A DNA stretch of 46,167 bases from Verrucomicrobiota bacterium (GCA_038316905.1 JBBQAX010000002.1:1-46167), one strand, 5' to 3'; positions 32,775 to 42,037 are shown, counted from the first letter of the stretch. Numbers and translations are program-made. The notes: generated by a model not told the origin, from the sequence alone.

Positions 32775-35291
32775 ATGCGTTCTAACAATGAAGATACTAA
32801 AACAAACCCTGCGCTTGGGGAATTTCGTTGGGCCGTTGGCGTGGAAAGTTCCTGGATTCCGCACCTCGCGGTGGACCAGTTCGAATGGACTCAGCACAAC
32901 CGGTTCTGGCGTGAAGATTTTGAACGGGCGGCTCACGATCTGGGTTGCAAATGGCTTCGTTATTCCATTCCCTGGCACCGCATAGAGACTTCTCCCGGCC
33001 AATTTGATTGGAGTTGGTCTGACGAACGTTTCGAATACGCACGGCAACTTGGCCTGAATCTGATTGTTGATCTTGTTCATTTCGGAACACCCACATGGCT
33101 TCCAGATGCATTTGGTGATGTGGATTTGCCAATTGCCTTCGAACGATATTCCCGTGCCTTCGGCGAACGCTACTCGGGCGTCATTCGTTCCATTTGCCCG
33201 ATCAACGAACCGCTGATCACCGCCTTTTTTTGTGGCGATGTCGGGTTGTGGCCACCGAATGGCCGCGGTTTAATTGATTACACAAAGATTTTGTCGCTGG
33301 TTTCGCAAGCATTGAGCCGATCCATTCGGGCGTTGAGGGAGACGATGCAAGATGTTGAAATTGTCCTTTGCGACGCTCTCGAGCTAGCCAGTGGAGACCC
33401 AATTTCATGCCAATCAAATCCCGAACTGCTCAATCGCCTGGCTCAAGACATTGTGCTTCGCAACAATCGTCGTCATGTGGTTTTAGATTTGATCACCGGG
33501 AGAATCGACTCTGAACATCAACTCCGTCCCTGGCTGATCAGCAACGGCCTTTCACAATTTGATCTCAATTGGTTCGTTCGTAATCCCGTGGAGATCGACG
33601 TGATTGGTTTGGACTACTACGAACATTCCGAAATGGAAATTTATGCGAGTGAGCAGAAATTGCGACAGCGAGTGCCGGGAAAACTGACAGGCCTGTTCGA
33701 ACCAGTTCGTCACTATTGGGAACGTTATCAGCTGCCTGTCATGATAACTGAAACGAGCTGTTGCGGTGAGGACTTGCGTCGCGCCGAGTGGCTTGCTTTC
33801 ACCATTCGCGATATTCGCAAGTTGCGTGAGGCAGGAGTGCCGGTGATTGGCTACACCTGGTGGCCGCTCGTAGATCACCTCGATTGGGATGGCGCTCTCC
33901 TGCATCAGATCGGAAAAATTCATCGCGTTGGTATTTACAGCCTTGAACGCCAAGGCACGGGAGAATTGAAACGCATTCCAACCCAATTAGGGGAAGCGTA
34001 CCGAGAGCTGGTGATGGCTCGCAATGAATCAGCAGGAGAATTCGTCCTCGAACAAAAAACTGACGGATCAAAAAAAGAACTTATGCCTATCGAAAAACAA
34101 CCCTCAAAAACATCACTCGATTACCCAATTATCGTTCACTGCCATTTGCTTTGGGAGGGCGTGTGGCAGCGGCCGCAACAATTTTTGTCCCGTATTTCGA
34201 ATCATCACCGCGTTCTGTTTGTCGAGGGACCGCGCCTGGTGGAGGGGAATGACGCGCCGCGATTTCAGCTTTCGCCGACTCCCAATTTTCCGAACGTCAC
34301 CATCATGCAAACATTCTTTCCTGCCTCGCGATTCCATGAGGGTGCCTGGGTGGACGCGGAGCGTTTGCGGTTGCTGCTGGAAGCGATGAACGGTCCGCTC
34401 GCAGGCCACTTCGACCAGCCGGTGCAATGGTTCTATGACCCGATGGCCGTGACTGCATTCGCGGGGAAACTTGAGGAACGCACCATCGTTTACGACTGCA
34501 TGGATCAACTTTCGCAATTCAAATTCGCGCCTCCAGAACTGATCCAACGTGAACGCGAGTTGCTGAAGGTCGCTGACGTGGTCTTCGCTGGAGGACGAAA
34601 GTTGCACGAAGCGAAAAGTCTGTTGAATCAGAATTGCCATTTCTACGGATGCGGAGTGGACATTGAGCATTTCAGCAAAGCGCGCGAGAACGAAACCATC
34701 GTTCCCGTCGATCTGGATTTTATACACCGGCCCATTCTCGGCTACTTCGGTGTCGTGGACGAACGCCTGGATTATTCGTTGATCGAGAAACTGGCGGACG
34801 CCAATCCGGATTGGTCGATCGTCATCATCGGACCGCTCGCAAAAGTGGACGCCAACTCACTGCCGGTTCGTGGGAATATCTATTGGCTTGGAAAACGTGA
34901 CTACGCGACTTTGCCTGCTTACACCAAAGCTTTTGATGTTTGCCTCATGCCCTTCGCTTTGAATGAGGCGACGGAATACATCAATCCCACAAAGGCTCTC
35001 GAATATATGGCGACCGGCACGCAAATCGTGTCTTCCGCTGTGCCCGATGTCGTTTCCAATTTTAGCAGCGTCGTGAAAGTGGCACGCACGCAGGGAGAAT
35101 TTATCGATCTTTGCCGCAGCGCAATTGAGACCCCGGATGAATCTGCCATCCAGCGCGGGTTGGAAATGGCGAATCAAAACGGATGGGATTCAATCGTTGC
35201 GAAATTGGAAGAACATGTTCGCCACGTTTTGAAAGGAAAGGTTGTTCAGGAAATTGGCCAACCGGGCGAGATGGTTGGAAACAAGTTTTAG
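32775..35291 (+). CDS. Two-domain protein: N-terminal GH1-like (clan GH-A) glycoside hydrolase + C-terminal GT-B glycosyltransferase
   Basis: N-terminal half: WLRYSIPWHRIETSPGQFDW, acid/base-type CPINEPL and nucleophile-type VMITETS, as in family 1 glycosidases. After a linker (about aa 415-445) the C-terminal half reads IIVHCHLLWEGVWQRPQQFLSRISNHHRVLFVEGP ... NEATEYINPTKALEYMATGTQIVSS. I recall this glycosyltransferase type next to glf genes. Confidence 0.75.
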   Translation: MRSNNEDTKTNPALGEFRWAVGVESSWIPHLAVDQFEWTQHNRFWREDFERAAHDLGCKWLRYSIPWHRIETSPGQFDWSWSDERFEYARQLGLNLIVDLVHFGTPTWLPDAFGDVDLPIAFERYSRAFGERYSGVIRSICPINEPLITAFFCGDVGLWPPNGRGLIDYTKILSLVSQALSRSIRALRETMQDVEIVLCDALELASGDPISCQSNPELLNRLAQDIVLRNNRRHVVLDLITGRIDSEHQLRPWLISNGLSQFDLNWFVRNPVEIDVIGLDYYEHSEMEIYASEQKLRQRVPGKLTGLFEPVRHYWERYQLPVMITETSCCGEDLRRAEWLAFTIRDIRKLREAGVPVIGYTWWPLVDHLDWDGALLHQIGKIHRVGIYSLERQGTGELKRIPTQLGEAYRELVMARNESAGEFVLEQKTDGSKKELMPIEKQPSKTSLDYPIIVHCHLLWEGVWQRPQQFLSRISNHHRVLFVEGPRLVEGNDAPRFQLSPTPNFPNVTIMQTFFPASRFHEGAWVDAERLRLLLEAMNGPLAGHFDQPVQWFYDPMAVTAFAGKLEERTIVYDCMDQLSQFKFAPPELIQRERELLKVADVVFAGGRKLHEAKSLLNQNCHFYGCGVDIEHFSKARENETIVPVDLDFIHRPILGYFGVVDERLDYSLIEKLADANPDWSIVIIGPLAKVDANSLPVRGNIYWLGKRDYATLPAYTKAFDVCLMPFALNEATEYINPTKALEYMATGTQIVSSAVPDVVSNFSSVVKVARTQGEFIDLCRSAIETPDESAIQRGLEMANQNGWDSIVAKLEEHVRHVLKGKVVQEIGQPGEMVGNKF

Positions 35292-35389
35292 GGAGATGAT
35301 TTTTGGGACATTAAAAGAGGCACTGTCGTGCTTCGCCGCAGGTTGGATTGCCGGCGGACGAGCAACAACGTCTAATAGAAAGGCTGGTT

Positions 35390-36625
35390 ATGTATGATTA
35401 TCTGATTGTCGGAGCGGGATTTGCCGGGAGTACTTTGGCCGAACGGCTTGCGAGCCAGCATGGAAAAAAGGTTTTGTTGGTCGATAAGCGAAATCACATC
35501 GGCGGGAATGCCTACGACCATTACGATGACAGCGGAATCCTCATTCACAAATACGGCCCACACATCTTCCACACGAACGCCAAAGTAGTCTTTGATTATC
35601 TTTCCCAGTTCACAAAATGGCGCGCGTATCAACACCGGGTTCTGGCAAATGTCGATGGCCAGCACGTTCCGATTCCCATTAATCTCGATACGATCAACAC
35701 GCTTTACGGACTCGACCTCACTTCCATGCAGGTGGAGAAGTTTTTTGAATCGGTTGCTGAGCACAAAGAAACCGTTCGAACTTCCGAAGACGTCGTGGTG
35801 AGCAAAGTTGGGCGCGAACTTTACGAAAAATTCTTCCGTGGTTACACCCGCAAACAATGGGGCCTTGATCCTTCTGAACTGGATGCTTCTGTTACCGCGC
35901 GAGTGCCGACACGAACGAATCGTGATGCGCGTTATTTCACGGACAGTTATCAGGCGATGCCGTTGCACGGATTCACGCGCATGTTCGAGAACATGTTATC
36001 GAACGAGAATATTCATGTGCTGCTCAACACCGATTATCGCGAAATAAAAAATTACATTCCTTACAAGGAAATGATCTACACCGGGCCGGTGGATGAATAT
36101 TTCGACAATCGTTTCGGCAAATTGCCCTATCGCTCGATTCAATTTCAATTCGAGACGCATGACACGCCGGTTTACCAACAAGCGCCCGTCATCAATTATC
36201 CAAACGACTACGCCTACACGCGCATCACGGAATTCAAATATTTAACCGGCCAAAAGCACGACAAGACGACCATCGTTTACGAATACGCTACGGCAGAGGG
36301 CGATCCGTATTATCCCATTCCACGACCGGAGAACGCCGAGATTTATCGCAAGTATCAAGCGCTGGCGACCGCGACGCCAAATGTCCATTTTGCCGGACGG
36401 TTGGCGACCTACAAATATTACAACATGGATCAAGTGGTCGCGCAGGCGTTGACGTTGTTCGCGAAAATCGCACCGGCGGACACCGGAACTGATTCGCGCC
36501 TGATCTACACCACCGTTTCTTCACCTTCAATTCGCACCAACGGAAATGGAAGTATTGGAAACGGGAATGGAAATGGTATTCGGAAAAAGATGCCACGGAG
36601 CAAAAGCCAGACCTTGGCTTCGTGA
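35390..36625 (+). CDS. glf: UDP-galactopyranose mutase
   Basis: Track ORF trimmed to ATG 35390. MYDYLIVGAGFAGSTLAERLA...KVLLVDKRNHIGGNAYD...ILIHKYGPHIFHTN...YTRKQWG...RYFTDSYQAMP...GRLATYKYYNMDQ is a canonical Glf. It carries an unusual ~50-aa Gly/Asn-rich and basic C-terminal tail. Confidence 0.9.
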   Translation: MYDYLIVGAGFAGSTLAERLASQHGKKVLLVDKRNHIGGNAYDHYDDSGILIHKYGPHIFHTNAKVVFDYLSQFTKWRAYQHRVLANVDGQHVPIPINLDTINTLYGLDLTSMQVEKFFESVAEHKETVRTSEDVVVSKVGRELYEKFFRGYTRKQWGLDPSELDASVTARVPTRTNRDARYFTDSYQAMPLHGFTRMFENMLSNENIHVLLNTDYREIKNYIPYKEMIYTGPVDEYFDNRFGKLPYRSIQFQFETHDTPVYQQAPVINYPNDYAYTRITEFKYLTGQKHDKTTIVYEYATAEGDPYYPIPRPENAEIYRKYQALATATPNVHFAGRLATYKYYNMDQVVAQALTLFAKIAPADTGTDSRLIYTTVSSPSIRTNGNGSIGNGNGNGIRKKMPRSKSQTLAS

Positions 36626-36685
36626 CGATTGGGAAAGGCAGTCAGGAACGGGTCCCGATCTTTCAAGGGCTTGGACGGAAAAACT

Positions 36686-37054
36686 ATGACATCGCCACAG
36701 AAGGAATCATTGGGGCGTTTAGGCATCCTGTTGTTGCCGTCCCTGAAAATGAAAACCGTGTCGCCGCTTGGAAAGAACTTTGAACAGGAAGTTCACGAAT
36801 TTCTGATTGCGAACTTCAGCGGTTACACGGTTGCGTCAGGAAACATCGCCGGATTTTGGAAGGATTCCCACGGGAGACAACATTACGGTGAACATCTGGA
36901 GTATCGCGTTGGTTTTCTGACCGAAGCGAAAATTCCGATGCTTGAAAACTTCATCGCCAATCTGGCCGATGAATTGGATGAGGAATCCATCTTCTGGGCG
37001 ACAGGCGAAGATACATGGCTGATATACCGCAAAGGCGGGGCAGGGGACGGTTGA
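36686..37054 (+). CDS. Hypothetical protein (no recognisable family); start uncertain
   Basis: Track ORF 36629..37054 begins at a TTG 4 nt after the glf stop. The ATG options are 36686 and 36749 (MKTVSPLGKNFEQEVHEFLIANFSGYTVASGNIAGFWKDSHGRQHYGEHLEYRVGF...). It abuts a transposase remnant. Confidence 0.35.
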   Translation: MTSPQKESLGRLGILLLPSLKMKTVSPLGKNFEQEVHEFLIANFSGYTVASGNIAGFWKDSHGRQHYGEHLEYRVGFLTEAKIPMLENFIANLADELDEESIFWATGEDTWLIYRKGGAGDG

Positions 37055-37058
37055 TCCA

Positions 37059-37178
37059 AAGTTTAGGCCGCATGGGCTGGAAGCCGTGCGGGCGGAGATG
37101 AGTCTGACCGTGCTGGCTTACAATCTGAAACGAGTGCTGAACATCCTGAGCTTCGCAGATTTGATGAAAGCGGTGCAA
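37059..37178 (+). pseudogene. C-terminal remnant of a DDE transposase (IS5/IS1182/IS4-like tail); no catalytic region present
   Basis: In-frame translation KFRPHGLEAVRAEMSLTVLAYNLKRVLNILSFADLMKAVQ matches the conserved ...F..RGLEKV..E..L...AYNLKR... end of many DDE transposases (recalled from memory). There is nothing transposase-like upstream. Track ORF 37086..37355 is only its tail plus read-through. Confidence 0.5.
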
Positions 37179-37391
37179 ACCGTGGATAAAAGCAGGGCGG
37201 AAGCCCTTTTTCCGTTCCAACCGTGTGAGAACCTCCGGGACAGCTCACCACTCGAAAATCATTCTTCAGAAATCCCAGAGAAGTTACCGAACCAAAGCAG
37301 GAAAAAACCGGACCAACCTTCTTTCACCCACCCAAAATCAATCCTCGCAAAATAGTTTTCACACGAACTGGCGATTTGTTAGGCCACACGG

Positions 37392-37786
37392 TCATTTATC
37401 AACCTGAAAACACCCCCAACCATCAGCCTCACCACCGTGGGCCTGAGCCAAGCGCGTGAGCGTCTGCTCTAAAGTCGTAATATCATGATGCTTCGGCACC
37501 ATGTGCTTCGTCACTGTCGTCTCCCACATCTTGCGCTGCTCATATCGCGATGTCTCCGCCTTCAGTTTTTGAGCGCTTCGCACCTGCTCTGCAAATCCTG
37601 CGCCTTCTGCTCAGTTGGGAAGACAAACTGAAACTCAATACCGCGTGGCTTCGCTAAATCGTCTCCGTCAGCCTGCATCCTGCGCAGAACGTCGCCGTTC
37701 TCGTCATTAGGAAATGTGTTCATAGATGGTCGGCAAGCAGTCACAAGTGCTGCAGTCAGAATCATGATTAAAACTGTAACGCGCAT
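37392..37786 (-). pseudogene. RraB-family (ribonuclease E inhibitor-like domain) lipoprotein gene interrupted by a 1-nt frameshift
   Basis: The 5' part (37786-37562) reads MRVTVLIMILTAALVTAC (lipobox) ...NGDVLRRMQADGDDLAKPRGIEFQFVFPTEQKAQDLQSRCEALKN*. The 3' part in another frame (to 37392) reads ...KLKAETSRYEQRKMWETTVTKHMVPKHHDITTLEQTLTRLAQAHGGEADGWG, the RraB C-terminal GG.YDGWG block. The frames join if the A5 run (T5 on plus, 37566-37570) were A6. Confidence 0.6.
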
Positions 37787-38169
37787 CAGTGGCCTACGGA
37801 TAAAAGCTGAGCCACAGCCGGATGAACCGGCAGCTCGAAACGGGAGCCGCACTAAACCCAAGAGTGGGGCTCCTGTTAGATGCCATGAAGGGTTGGCGAG
37901 CGTGGGCAAACAGGCGCACACTCTATTATGATAAAAAAAACAAGACCTTCATGGACATCCGCAGAACGTTACTGTTTCTGAGAAAGCGTTCAACCCCCAA
38001 CTGGCCGAGGTCCTCAAGCTCGGACTGGACGTGGATTTGAAGAACATCGTCGTGGCGCTGCAATGCGGCAACGGCCAGATCAAACCAGCGCAAAAGCCTG
38101 GATTTGCACGCGCTGATTTCATGCGGCGAACATTTTATGTTGGAACCTGCAAACACAACAGCAGTCAGG

Positions 38170-39627
38170 TCACTTCGCGTTACCGGCTTTTCGCTTTCGT
38201 TTGGGCGCTTTTTCGTCGTTGTGTGCGACGGGTTGGGCGTTCACTTTGGGCAGGAATTTTGCCAGATCCTTTTTCACTTTGGCATGTTCCGGTTTGCTGG
38301 CGAGGTTCGTCCATTCGTGGGGATCGTTTTTCTCATTATACAATTCCTCTGAACCATCGGCGTAACGGATGTAGCGCCAGTCTTCAGTCGTGATGGCGTG
38401 ATTGTTGCAAAGATGCGTGGTGATCGCGGGTTGTTTCCATTCCATCGTGGGTTTCGCGAGCAACGCCTTGATGCTGACACCTTCTGCATGTTTGGGAATC
38501 GGCGCTCCAGCCAATTCGCAAATCGTCGGAAAAATGCTGGTGGTATCCACCGCACGATGAGAAATCGTACCGGGTTTCGTCACACCGGGAGCGACCCAAA
38601 TAAACGGCACTCGCGTGGCCTGCCGCCACAAAGCTGACTTTGCCCAATGCTCCTTCTGGCCGAGATGCCAGCCGTGATCGCTGACGAAAACGATGATGGT
38701 GTTATCGCGATGCGCCGATTTATCCAACGCTTCGAGCAAGCGACCGACCTGTGCATCCATAAAGGAAATGGCGGCGAGGTAAGCGCGCACGCGATCTTTC
38801 CAAAGGCCGGCTTCGACGACGGCGGCATGAACTCCGTTGGGCTTGGCGAACGTGACGCCAGCAGCGGGAACATCTGCGAGATCATTGGTTTTGATCGTCG
38901 GGAGCTGAATGCTTTCCAGCGGATAAAGATCAAAATATTTCTTCGGCACGTCCCAGGGTGTGTGCGGGCGATGGATGCCGCACGTCATGAAAAACGAGTC
39001 GTCCTGTTTTTCCCGCTCCTTCAACTGTTCGATGCACCAGGAGACCGTTTGCGCATCCACCAATTTGCTTTCGGCTCGTTGCTCGTTGAATTTTTCGGAA
39101 GGTTTTCCCTCGGTGAACATGCGGTAGCCAAACGGGCCTGGACGGCGGGCGGCGGTATGGTTTGGGAGCGTGTCGTCTTGCGCGAAAACAACTTTATCCC
39201 AATCTTCGTCGCGGTAATGACGATAATGATAAATCTTTCCCGCGCCCAAAGTGGTGTAGCCGTGATCGCGCAAATAATCATTGAGCGCGACTCCTTTCGG
39301 AATATGCAGCATCGCGGGTTGCTGGTTATCGTAGATGCCGGTGGTCGAAGGACGGCGTCCCGTCATGAACGAAGCACGGGAAGGATTGCAGATCGGCGCG
39401 GAGATTTGAGCGTTCATAAACGTGAGACCGCGCGCGGCGAGTTTGTCGAGGTTCGGAGTTCTGGCTTGCGGATGCCCTTTCATCGGCCCGATCCAATCGT
39501 TCAAATCATCCGCAATAATAAAAAGAAAATTAGGTTTCGCCTTGGCATCGGCGGCTCGCGACGAGAATGCAGATAACAGAGCGACAACCAGGATGGGGAA
39601 AATAAAGAGAGCGCGATTCTTTGTCAT
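38170..39627 (-). CDS. Secreted sulfatase (formylglycine-dependent, S1 family)
   Basis: Track ORF trimmed to ATG 39627 (MTKNRALFIFPILVVALLSAFSSRAADA, a signal peptide). PNFLFIIADDLND, sulfatase signature SAPICNPSRASFMTGR (C-x-P-x-R), VFVSDHGWHLGQKEHWAK. Confidence 0.9.
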   Translation of the reverse strand: MTKNRALFIFPILVVALLSAFSSRAADAKAKPNFLFIIADDLNDWIGPMKGHPQARTPNLDKLAARGLTFMNAQISAPICNPSRASFMTGRRPSTTGIYDNQQPAMLHIPKGVALNDYLRDHGYTTLGAGKIYHYRHYRDEDWDKVVFAQDDTLPNHTAARRPGPFGYRMFTEGKPSEKFNEQRAESKLVDAQTVSWCIEQLKEREKQDDSFFMTCGIHRPHTPWDVPKKYFDLYPLESIQLPTIKTNDLADVPAAGVTFAKPNGVHAAVVEAGLWKDRVRAYLAAISFMDAQVGRLLEALDKSAHRDNTIIVFVSDHGWHLGQKEHWAKSALWRQATRVPFIWVAPGVTKPGTISHRAVDTTSIFPTICELAGAPIPKHAEGVSIKALLAKPTMEWKQPAITTHLCNNHAITTEDWRYIRYADGSEELYNEKNDPHEWTNLASKPEHAKVKKDLAKFLPKVNAQPVAHNDEKAPKRKRKAGNAK

Positions 39628-39806
39628 AACTTCTGTCCAGAGGATTGTGCTGGCGAAATGGTTACAAGAGAAAATCATTGGCTGAAAATAGGCAATTTGA
39701 ACGCGCTGGACTGAACAATCCAGTGAGCGGGTTGTTTCTCGAATGCGATGCCGAATTCCCCAAGGCCAGTTCTTGCCAACGAAATTTTCGATGATTTAAT
39801 GACGCC

Positions 39807-41168
39807 GTGTTACAACAACAGACATTGCGCCAATCAGTGAGTTTTTCGGGCATTGGCTTGCACAGTGGCAATAGGGTCAACATGACTTTCTTGCCCGCGC
39901 CGCCTGATTCCGGCGTGCGTTTTCGGCGAATTGACCTCGATGGCAAACCGGAGATTGAGGCGAAAGTTGAAAACGTTAGCACCACCAATCGCTCGACATC
40001 CCTTTCCAAAGGCAACGCGAAAATTCACACAGTCGAACACGTTTTGGCTGCATTCGCAGGACGCGGCATCGACAACGCTATTGTTGAACTTGATGCCAAC
40101 GAACCGCCCATCGGCGATGGCAGCGCGCGCGATTATGTGAAAATGATCGAGACCGTTGGAGTTGTCCCACAGGCAGCGACACGGGAAGTTTTCCGAGTTC
40201 ACACGCCCATCGAATTGGAAACCGGCGAAACGTTGATCGCCATCTTTCCGCACGACAAATTTAAAATTAGTTGCACCAGCTCAGACAAGCAGGGTCGCTT
40301 CTCGCAATTTTACAGCGTGGAAATCTCACCTGAGAATTGGGAAAAAGAATTAGCGCACGCGCGCACGTTTTGCTTCTACGAAGAAATTGAATTCCTCATC
40401 AAAAATGGATTGATCAAAGGTGGCAGTCTGGAGAATGCGGTTGTTATTCGCGAAGACGCCATTCTTACCACCGAACCGATGCGTTATCCCGATGAGTTTG
40501 TTCGTCACAAGATCCTGGACATCGTGGGCGATTTATCTCTGATTGGCCGCCCCATCACCGGGCATGTGGTTGCTGTCAAACCAAGCCACGGATCCAATTG
40601 TGAACTCGCGCGGCAGATCGTTTCGCAGATGCGTAAACCGCTGGTTGCCGCACAAACATTCGCGCCGCCTCCGCCGTCTGCCAGATCCACCAGCATCCCG
40701 ATGCCCACTCCCGAGGATTGGAACATGGCGCTGCAATCCGGCAGTCTCGACATCACGCAGGTGATGAAATTATTGCCGCATCGTTATCCATTTTTGATGA
40801 TCGACAAGGTTACCTCCATCGATGGCGACAAAGTTGTGGCCGTGAAAAACGTGACGATCAACGAGCCGTACTTCCAGGGACATTTCCCAAATCACCCAAT
40901 CATGCCTGGCGTCTTGCAATTGGAAGCGATGGCGCAAGCGGCCGGAATTCTGACGCTGCGACGCGCCGAGAATTTTGGAAAGCTGGCTTACTTCATGTCC
41001 GCGGAGAGCGTGAAATGGCGCAAACCAGTTCGCCCTGGAGACACGCTGGTGATCAGTGTCGAATTGACTAAATCACGCGGAAAAATTGGCAAAGCCAAAG
41101 GCGTTTGCCGCGTCGATGGCGAAGTCGTGAGCGAAGCGGAAGTGACGTTCATTTTGATGGAATCGTAA
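39807..41168 (+). CDS. lpxC-fabZ: Bifunctional UDP-3-O-acyl-GlcNAc deacetylase / 3-hydroxyacyl-ACP dehydratase (LpxC-FabZ fusion)
   Basis: GTG start. LpxC N-terminus (QQTLRQSVSFSGIGLHSGNRVNMTFLPAPPDSGVRFRRIDL, HTVEHVLAA, FVRHKILDIVGDL). The FabZ C-terminal hot-dog domain has LPHRYPFLMIDKV, YFQGHFPNHPIMPGVLQLEAMAQ. Confidence 0.9.
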   Translation: MLQQQTLRQSVSFSGIGLHSGNRVNMTFLPAPPDSGVRFRRIDLDGKPEIEAKVENVSTTNRSTSLSKGNAKIHTVEHVLAAFAGRGIDNAIVELDANEPPIGDGSARDYVKMIETVGVVPQAATREVFRVHTPIELETGETLIAIFPHDKFKISCTSSDKQGRFSQFYSVEISPENWEKELAHARTFCFYEEIEFLIKNGLIKGGSLENAVVIREDAILTTEPMRYPDEFVRHKILDIVGDLSLIGRPITGHVVAVKPSHGSNCELARQIVSQMRKPLVAAQTFAPPPPSARSTSIPMPTPEDWNMALQSGSLDITQVMKLLPHRYPFLMIDKVTSIDGDKVVAVKNVTINEPYFQGHFPNHPIMPGVLQLEAMAQAAGILTLRRAENFGKLAYFMSAESVKWRKPVRPGDTLVISVELTKSRGKIGKAKGVCRVDGEVVSEAEVTFILMES

Positions 41169-41177
41169 TTTCAGATC

Positions 41178-41951
41178 ATGAGCGAAATTCATTCTGCTGC
41201 GATTGTTCACCCTAAGGCCAGGATCGGGGCCAACTGTGTGATCGGGCCATTTTGCGTCGTGGGCGAACACGTCATGCTGGGGGAGAATTGCAAATTGCAT
41301 TCGCACGTCGTGATCGATGGACATACCACGCTCGGCAAAGAGAATGAGATTTTTCCTTTCGCCAGCATTGGCCTAAAAACTCAGGATCTAAAATGGAAAG
41401 GCGGCGTCACGCGAACGGAGATCGGCGACAATAATACATTTCGCGAATACGTAACGGTACACAGCGCGACCGCCGACGGAGAAGTGACGCGGGTGGGTTC
41501 GAATAATCACATCCTCGCCTATTGCCATTTGGCGCACAACGTCACCCTGGGAAATCACATCATCATGTCAAATGTCGCGTCGCTTGCGGGCCACGTCACC
41601 GTGGAGGACCACGCCGTCATCGGCGGGCTTGCAGCCGTTCACCAATTTTGTCGGATTGGAAAAATGTCGATCACCGGCGGTTGCTCACGGGTGGCGCAGG
41701 ATGTTCCACCCTTCATGTTGGTCGAGGGGAATCCTGCCGAAACCCGCACCGTGAATAAAATCGGCTTGGAACGGAACGGCGTTTCCGAAAAGGCGCAAGC
41801 GGCCTTGAAGAAAGCTTACAAAATCTTGTTTCGCGAAGGTCTCACTATTTCCAATGCGCTCAAACGGATCGAAAAAGACTTGCCGCTGCTGCCGGAGATC
41901 CAGCACCTGATTCAGTTTGTCCGCGGAAGCGAGCGGGGGATCACGAAGTAA
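41178..41951 (+). CDS. lpxA: Acyl-ACP--UDP-N-acetylglucosamine O-acyltransferase
   Basis: MSEIHSAAIVHPKARIGANCVIGPFCVVGEHVMLG..., left-handed beta-helix hexapeptide repeats, FASIGLKTQDLKWKG, and a C-terminal helical domain. It starts 9 nt after lpxC-fabZ. Confidence 0.9.
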   Translation: MSEIHSAAIVHPKARIGANCVIGPFCVVGEHVMLGENCKLHSHVVIDGHTTLGKENEIFPFASIGLKTQDLKWKGGVTRTEIGDNNTFREYVTVHSATADGEVTRVGSNNHILAYCHLAHNVTLGNHIIMSNVASLAGHVTVEDHAVIGGLAAVHQFCRIGKMSITGGCSRVAQDVPPFMLVEGNPAETRTVNKIGLERNGVSEKAQAALKKAYKILFREGLTISNALKRIEKDLPLLPEIQHLIQFVRGSERGITK

Positions 41952-42037
41952 CCCGCCCAACATTTTGGCGGTATAAAACTTACCATCGGACACGAACCAT
42001 CGTCAGGATGATCATGTCCCAAATTACGTTTAACACA

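Noticed and set aside
32541-33080. Track ORF 32541..33080 (-, 179 aa)
   Set aside because: It overlaps the 5' end of the GH1-like/GT gene on the opposite strand and runs through the leader and terminator region. No family resemblance.
38010-38100. IS110-family transposase N-terminal fragment as an annotated feature
   Set aside because: The similarity (LGLDVDLKNIVVALQ..G) is short and recalled from memory only, so it is mentioned within the junkyard finding and not called as a feature.
39807-41951. LpxC-FabZ fusion followed by lpxA as a novelty
   Set aside because: This bifunctional arrangement is well known in several phyla, including Bacteroidota and PVC members. It is ordinary lipid A biosynthesis.
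41952-41985. Terminator after lpxA (CCGCC-N9-GGCGG)
   Set aside because: The stem is only 5 bp with a 9-nt loop and no convincing T-tract.
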